Below are positions 1 to 9,540 of a DNA stretch of 64,000 nt, piece after piece. Source of the DNA: Candidatus Omnitrophota bacterium (lineage in GTDB: Bacteria > Omnitrophota > Gorgyraeia > Zapsychrales > Zapsychraceae); contig JADFXT010000006.1 of the NCBI GenBank assembly GCA_015233405.1, forward strand, positions 67,848 to 131,847, given 5' to 3'. Each line of letters starts with the position of its first letter. Within the stretch, counting starts at the first letter, position 1. The notes beneath the pieces are model-generated. The model ran no database searches. It was not told the DNA's origin and saw only the letters and a program-made list of their open reading frames with translations. The translations under genes and the position numbers were made by a program.

Positions 1-1114
1 TCCCGAAATTCGTGATCCGAGGATCATTTCTCATTTTAAAGATAGGGCCGTCCACCTCGTTCTGGTCGATGATCTCATCTAAGATTTCTTCCGCATCTTT
101 CTGCATACTTCGAAACTTATACATATTAAAGATGCGGCCTCGACGTCCATAACGTTTTGAGATATAAAATATCGGTCCAGAGCTATCGATCTTAATCATC
201 ACAGCAATAACAAAAAAGACCGGCAAAAGGACAATGAATCCCATGAGGCTCATCATAAAATCAAACGCTCTTTTCCCCAACTGCTTCTTAAAAGGCATCT
301 CATCGCCATATTCAATCACAGGAATAATGCCGATATTGTATTTAATGAACTCCGTCGGCATCAAATCAAATCCTTGAGGGACCACGCGCACCGCAATACC
401 TAATTCCTTGGCCTTCTCGAGCAATTTCATAAAGACTTCGCCATCATGATGGATCGTTATAAAAACTTTATTGATAAATTCTGTTTTGGCGATATTTTCA
501 AAATCCGCCAACTTCCCGACGATATTGATATTGACGTCCTTGACATTTCCTTCCTTAAAATCATCTAAAAACCCGACAACTTTGATGCCGAGCCCAGGAT
601 TTCTACGAATTTCCCGCGCCAAAGTCGTTCCCACTTTTCCAGCCCCCACAATGAGGGCATTAAAATTGTTATAACCTCGGGAAACAATATAATCGACAAA
701 ATATCTTTTTGAAGCCCGCCAGATGGACAAAAAAACAATCATTAAAATGGTCCCTATCAAAAGGACGCTCCGCGGAAAACCGTGAACTTTAAGCACATAG
801 GTAATCGCCATGACGGCCAGAGAAGAAAAAAGGGCGCATTTAATAATTTTCCCTATTTCAAACCCTTCCAAGATTTCCCGACGAGTTTGATAAAGCGATT
901 GGGCATTTAGAAAGAGCATCATAGCAAAGATCCAGAAGATAAAAATAAAACGAAAAGGATTCTCTGGATCTACAAAAATATTGCTAAATGTGACAGGAAA
1001 TGGTAACGCATCATCTCTTAACAAACAGGCAAGATAAATGGCAAGACAAACGGCACTCATGTCAAACATGAGATAAATAAGCCGAATCAAATAACGTCTT
1101 TTTTTAATGATCAT
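1..1114 (-). CDS. polyprenyl glycosylphosphotransferase (WbaP/EpsB-type initiating sugar-phosphate transferase); C-terminus runs off the window
   Basis: My own minus-strand translation from ATG 1114..1112 gives MIIKKRRYLIRLIYLMFD... It has several N-terminal hydrophobic helices and a Rossmann-like ALIVGAGKVGTTLAREI. The bacterial sugar-transferase core follows: KRAFDFMMSLMGFIVLLPVFF...SSGPIFYISKRYGRRGRIFNMYKFRSM. It is missing from the ORF track because it is open at the window edge. ATGA overlap with the upstream stop. Confidence 0.85.
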   Translation of the reverse strand, partial: MIIKKRRYLIRLIYLMFDMSAVCLAIYLACLLRDDALPFPVTFSNIFVDPENPFRFIFIFWIFAMMLFLNAQSLYQTRREILEGFEIGKIIKCALFSSLAVMAITYVLKVHGFPRSVLLIGTILMIVFLSIWRASKRYFVDYIVSRGYNNFNALIVGAGKVGTTLAREIRRNPGLGIKVVGFLDDFKEGNVKDVNINIVGKLADFENIAKTEFINKVFITIHHDGEVFMKLLEKAKELGIAVRVVPQGFDLMPTEFIKYNIGIIPVIEYGDEMPFKKQLGKRAFDFMMSLMGFIVLLPVFFVIAVMIKIDSSGPIFYISKRYGRRGRIFNMYKFRSMQKDAEEILDEIIDQNEVDGPIFKMRNDPRITNFG

Positions 1115-1872
1115 CTTTTTACCTTGTTTACGTTAAACAGTTCACAAATTAAAAGCCAGATAAAAACGGTATTGCCGACCAGATATCGTTTCCATAATCT
1201 TTTCGGCTCGCTACAAAGCCTAAATAACCATTCCAACCCGCTATGCCGTATCCATTTGGGAGCCTGTTTTTTGGTCCCTGCGACAAAATCAAAAGCCGCG
1301 CCGACGCCAACCATCACGGGAACATCCAACAGAGCCCGGTGATTAGCCATCCAATAATCCTGTTTAGGAGAACCCAGTCCTACCCATAAAACATCTGGCT
1401 TGACGTCATTAATGAATTTAAGGACATTCGATGGCTCTTTATCGCCGATATTTCTTATTCCAGGAGCATAGCTTCCGGTAATCTTGATTTCCGGAAACTT
1501 CTTCCTTAAATTCTTAATGAGAAGCAGATTGACTTCATCGGTCCCGCCAAAAAAATAATGTCGAAGTCCATTTTTATGTCCGGCCTCGCAAACTTCCAAC
1601 ATCAAATCCGGACCATATGTTCGACGAACAGCTTTGTGTCCTCTCGCCTTTAAAAGCCATACCACCGGCATGCCATCGGGAGTCGTTATGCCCGACTTAT
1701 TGACAATATCCCGATAAACCTGATCTTTCTGACAATCAACGATAGTAGAAACCGGCGCAATGCAAACATACGTTTTTCGTCCTTCACGGACCCAATCTAA
1801 GATAATCTGACAGGTTTTCGGAAGATCGGTGACCGCAATATTAACGCCTAAGATATCTTTTTTCTCAATCAT
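1111..1872 (-). CDS. WecG/TagA/CpsF-family glycosyltransferase (GT26)
   Basis: 253 aa. Motifs: GVNIAVTDL, PDGMPVVW, FFGG..EV, VGLGSPKQDYW, VGAAFDFVAGTKKQAPKW, GLEWLFRL. Confidence 0.85.
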   Translation of the reverse strand: MIEKKDILGVNIAVTDLPKTCQIILDWVREGRKTYVCIAPVSTIVDCQKDQVYRDIVNKSGITTPDGMPVVWLLKARGHKAVRRTYGPDLMLEVCEAGHKNGLRHYFFGGTDEVNLLLIKNLRKKFPEIKITGSYAPGIRNIGDKEPSNVLKFINDVKPDVLWVGLGSPKQDYWMANHRALLDVPVMVGVGAAFDFVAGTKKQAPKWIRHSGLEWLFRLCSEPKRLWKRYLVGNTVFIWLLICELFNVNKVKR

Positions 1873-1959
1873 AACAGACTGATATTATATATAGTTAAGA
1901 AAGAATGCGATTAGGATACCACAAGGAAGGAAAAGGGGAAAGATTTTTCTAATCCATCA

Positions 1960-3339
1960 TCAATCTTTGCGAACAAAATGCTGTACGGTAAAAGCGATCA
2001 AAATAAGATATAAAGAAATGATGGGAAAAGAATATCGTATGAGGATACTGACTTGCGAATAAAAGACAACAAACAGAAAAATGAACCACCACGACCAAAA
2101 TATGATAAAACATCTTTCATCCAGAGGTTCCCTGCCGATAATTTTTTTGATGTTCCTCCACAAATACCCCCAGACAAAGAAAATCGCGCCAAAAGTCATG
2201 AGCGCCATTATCAATCGGACGGCATTCTTAAAAATTGTAAAATTATAAAGCTTTTGGATTGGCTGCGGAAAAACAGTAAAGCCTGCCGTGGATTCCCAGA
2301 AAGCCATTTTCAAACTGTCCAACAGACCAAAAACAAAATATTGATAAGGGTTATTTAAAATAAGCTGTCTCGTGGATTGGATCAAAGTTTGATTGACTTG
2401 GGAAGAAGACAATCCCAAGCTAACCAGTCTTGCCATTTCTTCCATACCATAAACATCCGATTGAAAATTAGACCAATACCGGCATTTTTCTTCGCCGTAT
2501 AAAGATTGGCAAACCCTTTCCCCAGGAATATAAGCCAAATAACTTCGCACATCCATTTGATTTACAGGCTGCATCCGTCGGAAAATATTCCCATAAATAA
2601 CCCATGGCCCCCTATCTGTCAGGACAAAATTCCCATTCGATTTCATGTTCAGAGATTTATAAGAGAGTACCGCAGAATAAAAACAACTTGAAGCCAAGAA
2701 CATAATGGCCAGCGAAGCCAACATCTTCTGTCGATTCAGGCGCGAATGTAAAATTAGAAAGATAGCAAATGATAATATATAAATAGGGAACAGGATTTCA
2801 AAGATACCCTTAATAAAAACAGCAAAAACAAAAGAAACTCCCAATCCCAAAGCCCAGGCATAGCTTAAATAAGATTTTCTAGCATTCCAGGCAATCCAAA
2901 TCCGATAAGTACAATAAATAATCAATAAGACAAACGGATAAACTGCTATTTCCGAGAACAAACAAAAGGCCGAATTAATAATCGATGGAGAAAAACCATA
3001 ATAAATAAGGATCGCAAAGATGATTCTCTTGTCCAACTTTAGAACGAGTAAAAGCCGATAAAGCAAAAATTGTGAAACCAATAACAATAAAATCTGAAAA
3101 AATTTTTGAGGATAAGAATAATCGACGTTTAAGAATCCCCCGACTTTCATGGCCATAGATATGATCCATGGATAAAATGGCTCTCGATTCGGACCCGTTA
3201 AAAAATAGGCGTGCCAGCCCTGGGTATTCAACATTTTTCCCAAAAACTCATACCCTAGCGCATCTGTGACAATTGTCATCTGGGCAGTAAACCCCAAATA
3301 AATCCAAAATATTCCTGATAAAATAAATGCCCAGATCAT
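1960..3339 (-). CDS. polytopic membrane protein, GT-C-like (family 39/83, ArnT/PMT_2-like) glycosyltransferase candidate
   Basis: 459 aa with more than 10 hydrophobic segments by eye. The first loop, TDALGYEF...GPNREPFYPW, resembles the acidic loop-1 pattern of GT-C enzymes. No soluble catalytic domain. Confidence 0.5.
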   Translation of the reverse strand: MIWAFILSGIFWIYLGFTAQMTIVTDALGYEFLGKMLNTQGWHAYFLTGPNREPFYPWIISMAMKVGGFLNVDYSYPQKFFQILLLLVSQFLLYRLLLVLKLDKRIIFAILIYYGFSPSIINSAFCLFSEIAVYPFVLLIIYCTYRIWIAWNARKSYLSYAWALGLGVSFVFAVFIKGIFEILFPIYILSFAIFLILHSRLNRQKMLASLAIMFLASSCFYSAVLSYKSLNMKSNGNFVLTDRGPWVIYGNIFRRMQPVNQMDVRSYLAYIPGERVCQSLYGEEKCRYWSNFQSDVYGMEEMARLVSLGLSSSQVNQTLIQSTRQLILNNPYQYFVFGLLDSLKMAFWESTAGFTVFPQPIQKLYNFTIFKNAVRLIMALMTFGAIFFVWGYLWRNIKKIIGREPLDERCFIIFWSWWFIFLFVVFYSQVSILIRYSFPIISLYLILIAFTVQHFVRKD

Positions 3340-4529
3340 TGCCGGAAATCTTTCTGTTTTAATTCCATTGCCTTCCGATATATATTCATTAAAACTTGAT
3401 AATTTTTTTCTGCTGTATATTGTTCATCAAATATTTTATATGCATTTTGCCCCATTTGTCGAGCAACTTGGGGATTGCCCAAAAGACATCGAATTTTGAT
3501 CGCTAAATCTTCGACGTCGCCAGATTTAAACAACACCCCAGTCTTTCCATCTTCGACAATCTCTTTTATCGCACCAATATTACTGGCGATGACAGGAACC
3601 CCGCAAGCATAAGCCTCTATAATGACGCGGGAAAATGTTTCATAACATTCCGACGGGACAATTAAAAATGAGGCGCCTTGCATCAAACGCATTGTTTCCT
3701 CCTGCGGCTTCTGTCCTAAAAATTCTATGGGCAATCCTCGCGATAAAATCATTAAATCTTTTTTTAAAGGCCCATCGCCAATAATCTTAAGCGCTAGAGG
3801 ATTGGAAATCCCAGCCCAAGCTTTCACGAGCGTCATAACGCCTTTATAATCCCGTAAAGCCCCCACATATAAAGCATAATCCTTCCGGGTTTCTAAAGGA
3901 CGGTCGAAATTTTTATTCAAGAAATTGGGTTTTATAAAAATCTTCTCTGCCGGAAAACCGTTTTCCACAAATTTTTGTTTACAAAAAGCGCTCGGCGCAA
4001 TAAAACAACTCACCTTATTTGTGAGAATCTGTTTTTTCTGCAAGGAGTGAATAATCTTAGTCAGCAAGAAAGATTTCAAATAAGAATTCTTCCAGCATTT
4101 TTGAAGAATGGCTTGCTGAATGCCAGAAGATACGCAATGGCTGCAAATCTTTTCTCGTCGATAAAATAAGGCATTGGGGCATAAAAATCGATAATTATGA
4201 AGGGTCTGAACTATAGGAAGTTTTTCATCATAACAGGCATCGTAGACAGAAGGAGTTATGACAAAAAAGGTGTTGTGGATATGCGCAATATCTGGCTTTT
4301 CCCGTTGGATAAGACTTTTTATTTCCTGGTATACATCCTTTGACCAAAATACATCTTTGAAAAAGAAATTTATCTTCTTTAAAAATCCAAACTCTTCAAT
4401 CGTTTTATTGGATCGCAGATAACAGACAACCTGATGCCCTTGGGATTCCAACATCTTTTTTTCTGCCGCAACCACTTCATCTTCCCCGCCCTGATAATAA
4501 TAGCTATTATGGATAACAAGGATTTTCAC
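3336..4529 (-). CDS. glycosyltransferase family 4 (GT-B fold)
   Basis: 397 aa. N-lobe MKILVIHNSYYYQGGEDEVV. C-lobe PSECYETFSRVIIEAYACGVPVIASNIGAIKEIVEDGKTGVLF (E-x7-E type). Confidence 0.85.
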   Translation of the reverse strand: MKILVIHNSYYYQGGEDEVVAAEKKMLESQGHQVVCYLRSNKTIEEFGFLKKINFFFKDVFWSKDVYQEIKSLIQREKPDIAHIHNTFFVITPSVYDACYDEKLPIVQTLHNYRFLCPNALFYRREKICSHCVSSGIQQAILQKCWKNSYLKSFLLTKIIHSLQKKQILTNKVSCFIAPSAFCKQKFVENGFPAEKIFIKPNFLNKNFDRPLETRKDYALYVGALRDYKGVMTLVKAWAGISNPLALKIIGDGPLKKDLMILSRGLPIEFLGQKPQEETMRLMQGASFLIVPSECYETFSRVIIEAYACGVPVIASNIGAIKEIVEDGKTGVLFKSGDVEDLAIKIRCLLGNPQVARQMGQNAYKIFDEQYTAEKNYQVLMNIYRKAMELKQKDFRQ

Positions 4530-6373
4530 GCCGGTTTCCTCTGCTCTTTTAAATAGCCCAAGGTCATCCCGAACAATGTCCAGACCGGAATAGCTGTATA
4601 AGGAAGCTCAAAAATCAATAAAAAATTAGCCGCGACAAACCAACTTATCAAGATTCCGCACAAAAGAATTCCTGTCACAGATTTTAAGGCAATAAATCCT
4701 CTAATCATAAACCACAAAAGTCCTAACAAACTCAGGATAAAACAAAACCCAATAATTCCAGATCGATAAATGATACTTAAGAATGAATTATGCGAGGCGA
4801 TCCATCCGTCCCTTTGCCACTCGCCTTCGCCCCAATCTAAAATTTCCAGACTGATAGATCGAAAAGGCTTGCCGAAATCAAACCCAAAAAATTTCTTCTG
4901 CCCTGTTAATTCGGCAATCATATCTCGCCATATAAAAAGACGGAAAACAGTATTAATATGCGCCCCCTCGACATTTCTACCTACGAATGATTGGGGTGGG
5001 CCATCTGATTTCTTCATAATGTTTGGCCAAAAGTTCTTGCCCGAATTGACCAAAGGGCTATTAGAATCTTTTATTCTTAAAGTCTCAAGTTTTATCACTG
5101 ATTTTTGAAAAACAGATTCTTCCACAATTTCAACAGCTTTAACTGCTGGCTCCTCTTGGCTCATTACAGGCGAAGAAGTGGCAATTTGATTCAATATGGG
5201 TTTTTCAGATGCAGTATTAATCCCCGTCGAGTTTGTCAATGTTGCCGCTGGAGTTGGAGATGATTGCACTACGGATACATCAAGAACTTTAGCAGGCGAA
5301 GAAGTGCCAAGCTGTTTTAAGGTTAAATTTTCCGATTCTGGATTAACCACAGTATTTGTTATCGATACAATTTCAGGACCAGCTACGGACTTCTCCTGGA
5401 CTGAAGCTTTCTTTTCTTCGAGCGCTTTGACAGAAAGTGCTTCCGATGCTTTTATATTTGAGGATGATATGGATTTCTTTGATTTTTCCAACTGCGTAAA
5501 ATCTTCTATAAGATCATTTTCAGGATTATACAATGCAACATTTTCTAACTTTTTCGGGACAAAAGCTGGCTTTCTTTTCTCTATTTCCGTTTGGTATTCC
5601 TTAAACACGGCCGCAATCCGTTTGATTTGAAAGATGCTATTAAAAGCATTCACAAAAGAGTACCGTATCATGATGAATAAAAACAACGAGAAAATAGAAA
5701 CAAACAATAAAATTTTGTAAGGGCAACGAAATGGAGAAATAATCGTCATCGCGATTATTAGAAAACAAAAGCCAATAAAAAACCCAAAAACATACGTTCT
5801 CGCTTCAGCGATAAAAGCATGATAAGGAAGCGTTAATAGTAAAAGGCCCAAAAAGAAATATCTCTCCCTCTTATTCGGAAGAGATTTTATAAGAATACCG
5901 GTGAGAGCCGCCATTGTTAATACCCATGAAAAATCAAAAAATCTAGCTAGAAAAAGGGCACAAAAAAGAAAAATAATGCACTTTCTGATCTCTTCCGTAA
6001 ATAATTCCTTACGATAAAAAACAACTCCAAATAGAATAAAAATCGGATAATAAAAAAGCGCCGCATGCCGAAAGGCCAATGGACCCCAATGATGATAACC
6101 ATAAAAAGCCTTTGAGAGGACAAACACAGCATAGCCGATAACCAGCCACCATTGCCGATTTGTTAATTGTTTGAAATCAATCGATAGAAAAAATAATGGA
6201 AGGCATAAAAATAAAAGAATTTCACCGACAAACACAGGGAAATTCAAAAATGAAAAGCTCAAATGCATTTCTGCAAACACTCTTGGGAATAGAACATAAA
6301 ATAAACTAAATATGCCGATCAAACCGAGGCCGGTATATCTTAAAGTGTTTTTATAATCTTTTCTTTCGCGCAT
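4526..6373 (-). CDS. Wzy_C-domain membrane protein (O-antigen polymerase / ligase / PglL-type O-oligosaccharyltransferase family) with a large low-complexity insert
   Basis: 615 aa with at least 10 TM segments. RLFIWRDMI...GFDFGKPF...WIASHNSFLSIIYRSGIIGF matches the R-x3-W ... H-N-x-[FY]-L loop of Wzy_C proteins. Residues ~255-465 are S/T/P/E/V/K-rich. Confidence 0.6.
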   Translation of the reverse strand: MRERKDYKNTLRYTGLGLIGIFSLFYVLFPRVFAEMHLSFSFLNFPVFVGEILLFLCLPLFFLSIDFKQLTNRQWWLVIGYAVFVLSKAFYGYHHWGPLAFRHAALFYYPIFILFGVVFYRKELFTEEIRKCIIFLFCALFLARFFDFSWVLTMAALTGILIKSLPNKRERYFFLGLLLLTLPYHAFIAEARTYVFGFFIGFCFLIIAMTIISPFRCPYKILLFVSIFSLFLFIMIRYSFVNAFNSIFQIKRIAAVFKEYQTEIEKRKPAFVPKKLENVALYNPENDLIEDFTQLEKSKKSISSSNIKASEALSVKALEEKKASVQEKSVAGPEIVSITNTVVNPESENLTLKQLGTSSPAKVLDVSVVQSSPTPAATLTNSTGINTASEKPILNQIATSSPVMSQEEPAVKAVEIVEESVFQKSVIKLETLRIKDSNSPLVNSGKNFWPNIMKKSDGPPQSFVGRNVEGAHINTVFRLFIWRDMIAELTGQKKFFGFDFGKPFRSISLEILDWGEGEWQRDGWIASHNSFLSIIYRSGIIGFCFILSLLGLLWFMIRGFIALKSVTGILLCGILISWFVAANFLLIFELPYTAIPVWTLFGMTLGYLKEQRKPA

Positions 6374-6377
6374 GTCC

Positions 6378-7511
6378 TTATCCGAGATTTAAAATCTTGT
6401 GGGATGTCTTTCTTAAACAAAACATAGCTTTTAAAGCATGCATCTTCAAATATGTGCGGCTGACAAATTGCAATAGGCTTTGCGGCAGCCACGAGAGAAT
6501 GAACAACAAAAAGAAATTAAGATTAAAACCGAGCACCTTTAAAGCCGCCCGAGCCGTTTTACGAACCTCCAGCTTGTTCTTATTGAGAATATAAAAATTA
6601 ATTCTTCGCAGGAAAAATGTTTTAGCTTGTTGATAATACCAGAAAGAAACGCTTTGAGGGCTTAAGAGTAGCTCGTCTTTTAAATGACTATAAATAGTTT
6701 TGTGAATGTGGATGGCACGATTAAATTCATCAAAGCTCAGGCTCCCTTCCTCATAATGAGCCCTACACATCAGCCGAATTTCCTCGTCTGTGAATTCCTT
6801 ATTGCTGACATAATGGACATGATCACGGATGATCCCGGACGTTTCTATAACAGACCGATTATCCTGATGCACTTTGCTGGCCGATTGAGCGTGGATTCTT
6901 ATGGCCATAAGGATATCCGAATTGCTTGTGATCTTGGCCCCACGGCTCATTAAAGTGACCCATAGCCCGTAATCGGCGGCGATCTTATAATCATTGTTAT
7001 AACCGCCAGCCGCAAGAACCGTTTCTCTTTTCATCAAAGAGCTTCCGTGATTGATAGGAGAATTCACAATGGCACGCAAGAGAATATCATCTCTTACTGC
7101 AGGAGAAAAATAAACTTTTTGAATGCTCTTATTCGAGAAAGTCGCAAGCCTGGAGCTTAAAATATCATATTCGCCGTTCTTTTTTAAAAAATCCGTCTGA
7201 CTTTGAAGCCAATGCGAGAAGGCGATATCATCCGCATCCATTCGGGCGATATAATGACCTTTCGCTAACTGAAATCCGAGATTAAGCGATCGCGTCTGGC
7301 CTAAATTTTCTTTATTTTTGTGTAAAACAATTCGCTCATCTTTGTAAGATTGGATAACCTCAACAGATTTATCTTTGCTGGCGTCGTCGATAATAAGGAA
7401 CTCAAAATCCTGGAAAGTTTGATGAAAAACACTTTCGATGGACTGCGGCAAATATTTCTCCGCATTATAGACCGTCATCAATACCGTTATGGGATATTCT
7501 TTTATTGTCAT
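6378..7511 (-). CDS. glycosyltransferase family 2 (GT-A fold)
   Basis: 377 aa. ITVLMTVYNAEKYLPQSIESVFHQTFQDFEFLIIDDASKDKS plus an ARMDADD (DxD) motif. Confidence 0.85.
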   Translation of the reverse strand: MTIKEYPITVLMTVYNAEKYLPQSIESVFHQTFQDFEFLIIDDASKDKSVEVIQSYKDERIVLHKNKENLGQTRSLNLGFQLAKGHYIARMDADDIAFSHWLQSQTDFLKKNGEYDILSSRLATFSNKSIQKVYFSPAVRDDILLRAIVNSPINHGSSLMKRETVLAAGGYNNDYKIAADYGLWVTLMSRGAKITSNSDILMAIRIHAQSASKVHQDNRSVIETSGIIRDHVHYVSNKEFTDEEIRLMCRAHYEEGSLSFDEFNRAIHIHKTIYSHLKDELLLSPQSVSFWYYQQAKTFFLRRINFYILNKNKLEVRKTARAALKVLGFNLNFFLLFILSWLPQSLLQFVSRTYLKMHALKAMFCLRKTSHKILNLG

Positions 7512-7517
7512 GGCCGT

Positions 7518-8531
7518 CTAGAGATCTTCAGCATTCCCGATCCCATAATCCCCATCCGCCCATCCCAAATAGGACATTGACCTAATGCTTTGGACAAGAG
7601 GATAAACAATCCTTTGATGAACAAAATTCCTGCCAGGAAAATTCGGCACCATCCCGCGCCAAGACTCTTTCTTGATTTGACTTAAAATTTCTTGAAACTC
7701 TTTGTCTGAAATCTTTTGTTCTTCTTTAGCTATACGAGCAATCATCGTCGCATAATCAAACAATCGATAAATCAAACAAATCAGAATATATTTATAAATC
7801 CTGGAGCATTGTTGTTCTTTAGGAATACCAGCCAACATTTTCTTTAAAGCATCCGGCCGTTTAAAATATAATGCATCACCAAAAATCAATTGCCCCTTCC
7901 CAACAAAAGAAAAATAATCTTTTCTTTTCCAATAGGCACGACGTAAATCCATCAGTTCAAACCCCTGCGTTTCCATAAACTTGTCCACATCCCGAAAAAG
8001 TGGCTGGCCTTCATACAGAGATAAAAACTCGACTTCTAGCTCGACACCAAAATTATCCGCTAAAGCGCTCAATCCTCCGGATAAGATATCCAACTCACTA
8101 CCCTGAGTATCAATTTTTATGAAATCAATTTCAGAAATGTCTTGTTCTTGAATAACGGCATCTAAATTCTTGACCTTTGCCGCAGGAATGATTCGTTCCT
8201 GCATAACTCGAAATCGTTCGCTATTCGGATATTGGGAAACGATTTCCATATTGGGCCTATAGACTGAAGATTTGCCTGATTCTTTTGTGACATAAAATTT
8301 CAAATCTTGTGATTGTGAGAATAACGCAACATTTAAATACGTCAGTTGCGGGTCACTCTTAAGTTTTACAAATTCCCGATCATCCGGCTCAAAGGCAATG
8401 ATCCGCATCTTAGAACGCACAGAATCCCATTTACGGGCTATTCCACCCATAGCCCCCACATCTACATAAGTGAGAGGAAAGGCAGGGTCAACGTGTTTCC
8501 AAAAATACGAATATTTTTCAGGCATGATCAT
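7518..8531 (-). CDS. FkbM-family SAM-dependent methyltransferase
   Basis: 337 aa. Motifs: YVDVGAMGG, IIAFEPDDREF, IDFIKIDTQGSELDIL. Confidence 0.75.
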   Translation of the reverse strand: MIMPEKYSYFWKHVDPAFPLTYVDVGAMGGIARKWDSVRSKMRIIAFEPDDREFVKLKSDPQLTYLNVALFSQSQDLKFYVTKESGKSSVYRPNMEIVSQYPNSERFRVMQERIIPAAKVKNLDAVIQEQDISEIDFIKIDTQGSELDILSGGLSALADNFGVELEVEFLSLYEGQPLFRDVDKFMETQGFELMDLRRAYWKRKDYFSFVGKGQLIFGDALYFKRPDALKKMLAGIPKEQQCSRIYKYILICLIYRLFDYATMIARIAKEEQKISDKEFQEILSQIKKESWRGMVPNFPGRNFVHQRIVYPLVQSIRSMSYLGWADGDYGIGNAEDL

Positions 8532-8560
8532 CTCCTTATGGACCGGGCAATGCTAGCTCT

Positions 8561-9505
8561 TTAAGCTTTAGTGATTTTCTTATATGTCGTCGATGTCATC
8601 TTGACACGTTCTTCTATATTAAACTTCGAATTATAAATCATCACATCCGATTTGTCCGCATTACGCTGGTCACAGTTCTCACAAATCAACCCACTGCCTT
8701 TAAACTTGCCTTGCTCATGGCATTCGACCAGCTTTTTATATAACGGAGAAGAAAATATTTCTTTAAGACTCTGCGTCTTTAAATCTCCTATGGTCAACTT
8801 GCCGTCATAATCAAAGCAGCACATATTGACCGTTCCGTCGACCTGAATCTGTAACGGGCCGTTAAAAGGCCGCCCGCATGTGATCAGTTTTTTTCTTTGA
8901 ATGCTGCGGAAATGCCCAGCATCGACCCAATTATGCGGCCGCCAGACTTCGAGCAAATCAACCTTCCCTTCCCACTCTTTAATCCAATCCTTGACGACTT
9001 TATCATTAGCGCCGTGAACCACGTTATAAGTTAATATGAGCTGCGTGGTCTTTTTATTTCTTGCAATTTCCATAAGGTTGTCTTTAACTCTCGAGAAAAT
9101 ATTCTTATTCTCCAATCCATGCACCTTGGTATACGTCTGGGGTGTCGTTCCATACAAACTTACCCGAATAGGTGAAACACCTAAGTCCTCCAATTCTTTA
9201 AATATCTTAGGCGTTAATAACGAGCCGTTCGTTAAAATAAGGACGTCGAGTTGTGGCTTCTTTTTCTTAGCATATCTAATTTTATTCAATAACGTTTTGT
9301 CTAATAATGGCTCGCCCATGCCCGGGAACGTCAACGTCGTATATTGGGATGTTTCCTTCTGGATCTTGTCAAAAATCGTCTTAAACAATTCCAGCGACAT
9401 AATTTCTTTTGTGCGGGTCAATTGGTTGGGATGCGGACAAATAATACAGCGATAATTACACTTCGTCGAGACTTCAATACGCATATCATTGTTCTTGGGA
9501 ATCAT
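8561..9505 (-). CDS. radical SAM enzyme with SPASM/twitch-like C-terminal auxiliary-cluster region
   Basis: 314 aa. CX3CX2C triad CNYRCIIC near the N-terminus and PGMGEPLLD. Cys-rich tail: CGRPF...VDGTVNMCCFDYDG..IGDL..QSLKEIF...CENC. Confidence 0.8.
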   Translation of the reverse strand: MIPKNNDMRIEVSTKCNYRCIICPHPNQLTRTKEIMSLELFKTIFDKIQKETSQYTTLTFPGMGEPLLDKTLLNKIRYAKKKKPQLDVLILTNGSLLTPKIFKELEDLGVSPIRVSLYGTTPQTYTKVHGLENKNIFSRVKDNLMEIARNKKTTQLILTYNVVHGANDKVVKDWIKEWEGKVDLLEVWRPHNWVDAGHFRSIQRKKLITCGRPFNGPLQIQVDGTVNMCCFDYDGKLTIGDLKTQSLKEIFSSPLYKKLVECHEQGKFKGSGLICENCDQRNADKSDVMIYNSKFNIEERVKMTSTTYKKITKA

Positions 9506-9540
9506 GAATAAATAACCCTTTCTAAGATTTGAATCCGATC

